Made by a program: the position numbers and the translations under genes. DNA of 64,000 bases from Macrostomum hystrix (Eukaryota > Animalia > Platyhelminthes). The first letter of the stretch is position 1, and every line of letters starts with the position of its first letter. This document shows positions 61,389 to 64,000 of this stretch, in pieces. Location: positions 14,384,001 through 14,448,000 of the forward strand of contig CATNEN010000039.1 in assembly GCA_950097015.1 (NCBI GenBank). Reading direction: 5' to 3'. Below the pieces are notes generated by a model. It saw only the letters and a list, made by a program, of their open reading frames with translations, searched no databases and had not been told where the DNA came from.

Positions 61389-61539
61389 GACAATGCTTTC
61401 TAGGAAAGCTAGCCGCTGTAAATGAATATAACGAGCTGAGAACAGTGTTTAGTGAGTGCACTACGAATGCATAACGACCAGTATAGGGATTCGGGCTTGA
61501 GACCCCTCAGAAACCCCAACTCTTCTCAATTCCCAATAA

Positions 61540-61968
61540 TTCACAATCCCAGCACTTCACAATCTCCTACACTTCCCAATCTCCTACACTTCACAATCTC
61601 CTACACTTCACAATCTCCTACACTTCACAATCTCCTACACTTCACAATCTCCAACACTTCACAATCTCCTACACTTCCCAATCTCCTACACTTCACAATC
61701 TCCTACACTTCACAATTTCCTACACTTCACAATCTCCTACACTTCACAATCTCCAACACTTCACAATCTCCTACACTTCCCAATCTCCTACACTTCACAA
61801 TCTCCAACACTTCACAATTTCCTACACTTCACAATCTCCTACACTTCACAATCTCCTACACTTCACAATCTCCTACACTTCACAATCTCCTACACTTCAC
61901 AATCTCCAGCACTTCACAATCTCCTACACTTCACAATCTCCAGCACTTCACAATCCCGACACTTCACC
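61540..61968. repeat. 17-bp minisatellite (ACACTTCACAATCTCCT)n upstream of spastin
   Basis: About 25 copies; plus strand essentially G-free. Confidence 0.93.
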
Positions 61969-63634
61969 ATCCGAGGATTCCCAAAATTCAAGATCCTAAA
62001 AACTTCACTATCCCAAAACTTTCTGATCCGAAATTGCAAAACACAGAAACACTTAACCGCACCAAACATGAGAGATTGGTTTTATTTAATAGACCAACTT
62101 GCTAGCTAGTTTTTTAAATTGAATTTAGCACTGAGTAAGCAGAACGATAGACGGCCATTCCAGTACCTCGAAGTCTCTACTATGCGTGTTTATTTGTTGT
62201 TTATTAGATTTTGCTGAAAAAAACTGATTAAGCTATTGCAATTTATACAGCTTTTTCTTTAGAAAGATAAAAAACAAAATGATGCAATTACTGTCGGGCT
62301 AAGTATAAAAATTAAATTACGTACTTTTGAATCAGATTCACTGTTTAGAGCCAAGTGATTAAAAGGGACCTGTTGCTATGCTGTCGCATACACAAACATC
62401 ACTTCGAATTACGTCCATGTTAAATGGCGTGAAACATGTCTCTAATCAAGAGAAGGGTCATTGACCTCTCCCATTAGGACAGGGGTCATTTACCTCTGAT
62501 TAGGACATATGTACTTTACACATTGCCCTATGATTGTGGTCATAGACCTTTTTTACTAGAACATGGGGTTTTTGATCTCACTCATTAGCCCCTAATCAAA
62601 CAGACCAGACGATGTAATCAAGCAATGGTAAGGACACGTACAAGCACATTTTAGCTGTTGTGTTGTTGCAAATTAAAGAAAAGAAATGTGAAAATTTGAA
62701 AATTTATCACTATTTGATTTAACTTGACCGACTTTTAGAAGAGCTGCAAATAGTTTATAACAAACATAAATATTAATGGAATGCACCAATATTAACTGAT
62801 TAATATAATATTTTAGTACTAACTGGGGTCGCAGTAAGACTTTTAATTATCTATTTATTGACACTTTGACAAGAAAAAAAACGGACAGGCAAATTATGGC
62901 TGACAATATCGAATCAGTTTTCAGAGGTTAATAAATAGTGAAAATAATGAAAAACGCGATAGCTCTGTACACAGAGGGGCGATATTGGCTTTTTTAAATT
63001 GGCGCGAAAAGAAGCACACAGACAAACAAACAAACAATATAAGTCTTTACAGGCAAAACTGACAGTAAAATAAATAACACGACAATGGACAGCAAACTTT
63101 TAATCGACGATAGATAGAAAATATTGATAGAATTTTTTTGTTTAAAAAGCGATACAAAAAATAATGAATCGATGGATAAGATTTTCTCGCTTAAAAACGT
63201 TATCTATTTCTCAAACTCTTTCTTAACTGGGGGGGGGGGCAAAAATAATAGTCAGAAATCAACAAGGGGCATTTTCTCAAGCTTATGGACGAGAAATTAA
63301 CAATAAATGATTAGTGTCATAAAAAAATGTGCAATAAAAAACTATGTACACAAACGAAACACCACGGTTCAGTTGCAAGTTGATGCCGATAATCTCTTTA
63401 TAGGATACATGTTAAAGCAAAAACTAAGTCATAATACGTCAAAACACGAAAACTCATTTTAGACGAAGCACCAACTTTGGTTAAGCCGCAATTAAAATAT
63501 TTTTCAATTGTAATCTAATCAACCATTAGACAGATAATATAGGGTTTAAGTGCAAAGGTAGCTTAGGCATTTAAAGTTTAGAGACTGCTTGTCTGCGTCT
63601 TGGAGTATTCGAGTGTCCTGAACCTCAGGATTTT

Positions 63635-64000
63635 GAAGGTCTGTGTCTTCAGTCTGAAGAATTTGGAGGTCTGTGTCTTCAGTCTGAAGAATTTGGAGGT
63701 CTGTGTCTTCAGTCTGAAGAATTTGGAGGTCTGTGTCTTCAGTCTGAAGAATTTGGAGGTCTGTGTCTTCAGTCTGAAGAATTTGGAGGTCTGTGTCTTC
63801 AGTCTGAAGAATTTGGAGGTCTGTGTCTTCAGTCTGAAGAATTTGGAGGTTTGTGTCCTCAGTCTGAAGAATTTGGAGGTCTGTGTCTTCAGTCTGAAGA
63901 ATTTGGAGGTCTGTGTCTTCAGTCTGAAGAATTTGGAGGTCTGTGTCTTCAGTCTGAAGAATTTGGAGGTTTGTGTCCTCAGTCTGAAGAATTTGGAGGT
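63635..64000. repeat. 30-bp minisatellite (CTGTGTCTTCAGTCTGAAGAATTTGGAGGT)n running off the window end
   Basis: At least 12 near-identical copies. Confidence 0.96.

Noticed and set aside
32843-62105. Long repetitive ORFs (EGVS-, SLTH-, LSHLSL-, QHPTINPT-rich, including the 880-aa ORF at 53618-56260)
   Set aside because: They are translations of tandem arrays whose units lack stop codons in some frames; no splice signals, domain content or codon-position bias.

Overview
Eukaryotic (metazoan) genomic DNA with GT-AG introns. The GC-rich exons, short introns and dense minisatellites suggest a flatworm such as Macrostomum; that is an inference, not shown by the sequence. The left half (1-32 kb) holds a near-complete Ngaro-like tyrosine-recombinase retrotransposon (~1.65-5.98 kb; SAP/CCCH gag, RT-RNase H, YR), a seven-exon miniature Notch receptor on the minus strand (8 EGF, 2 LNR, RAM, 6 ANK, PEST; ~1118 aa) and a five-exon D2-like dopamine receptor on the plus strand (~589 aa). 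It also carries decayed RTE-type LINE pieces, two internally deleted Tc1/mariner-superfamily elements and two tRNA-derived SINE families. The right half (32-64 kb) is dominated by about 15 different strand-asymmetric tandem arrays, including a 6.2-kb (GAGTGAGTGAGG)n satellite, and contains a PRKX/PKA-C3-like kinase gene and a spastin gene, both on the minus strand. Most notable observations: (1) the retroelement shows signals for three products from one transcript: Gag, a Gag-Pol via an A AAA AAC -1 frameshift with a hairpin, and an in-frame spliced SAP-Gag/YR fusion; it has short 5'/3' complementary boxes in place of recognisable split direct repeats; (2) the Notch is unusually reduced yet apparently intact. 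All coordinates and exon models were read by hand and no database searches were run.
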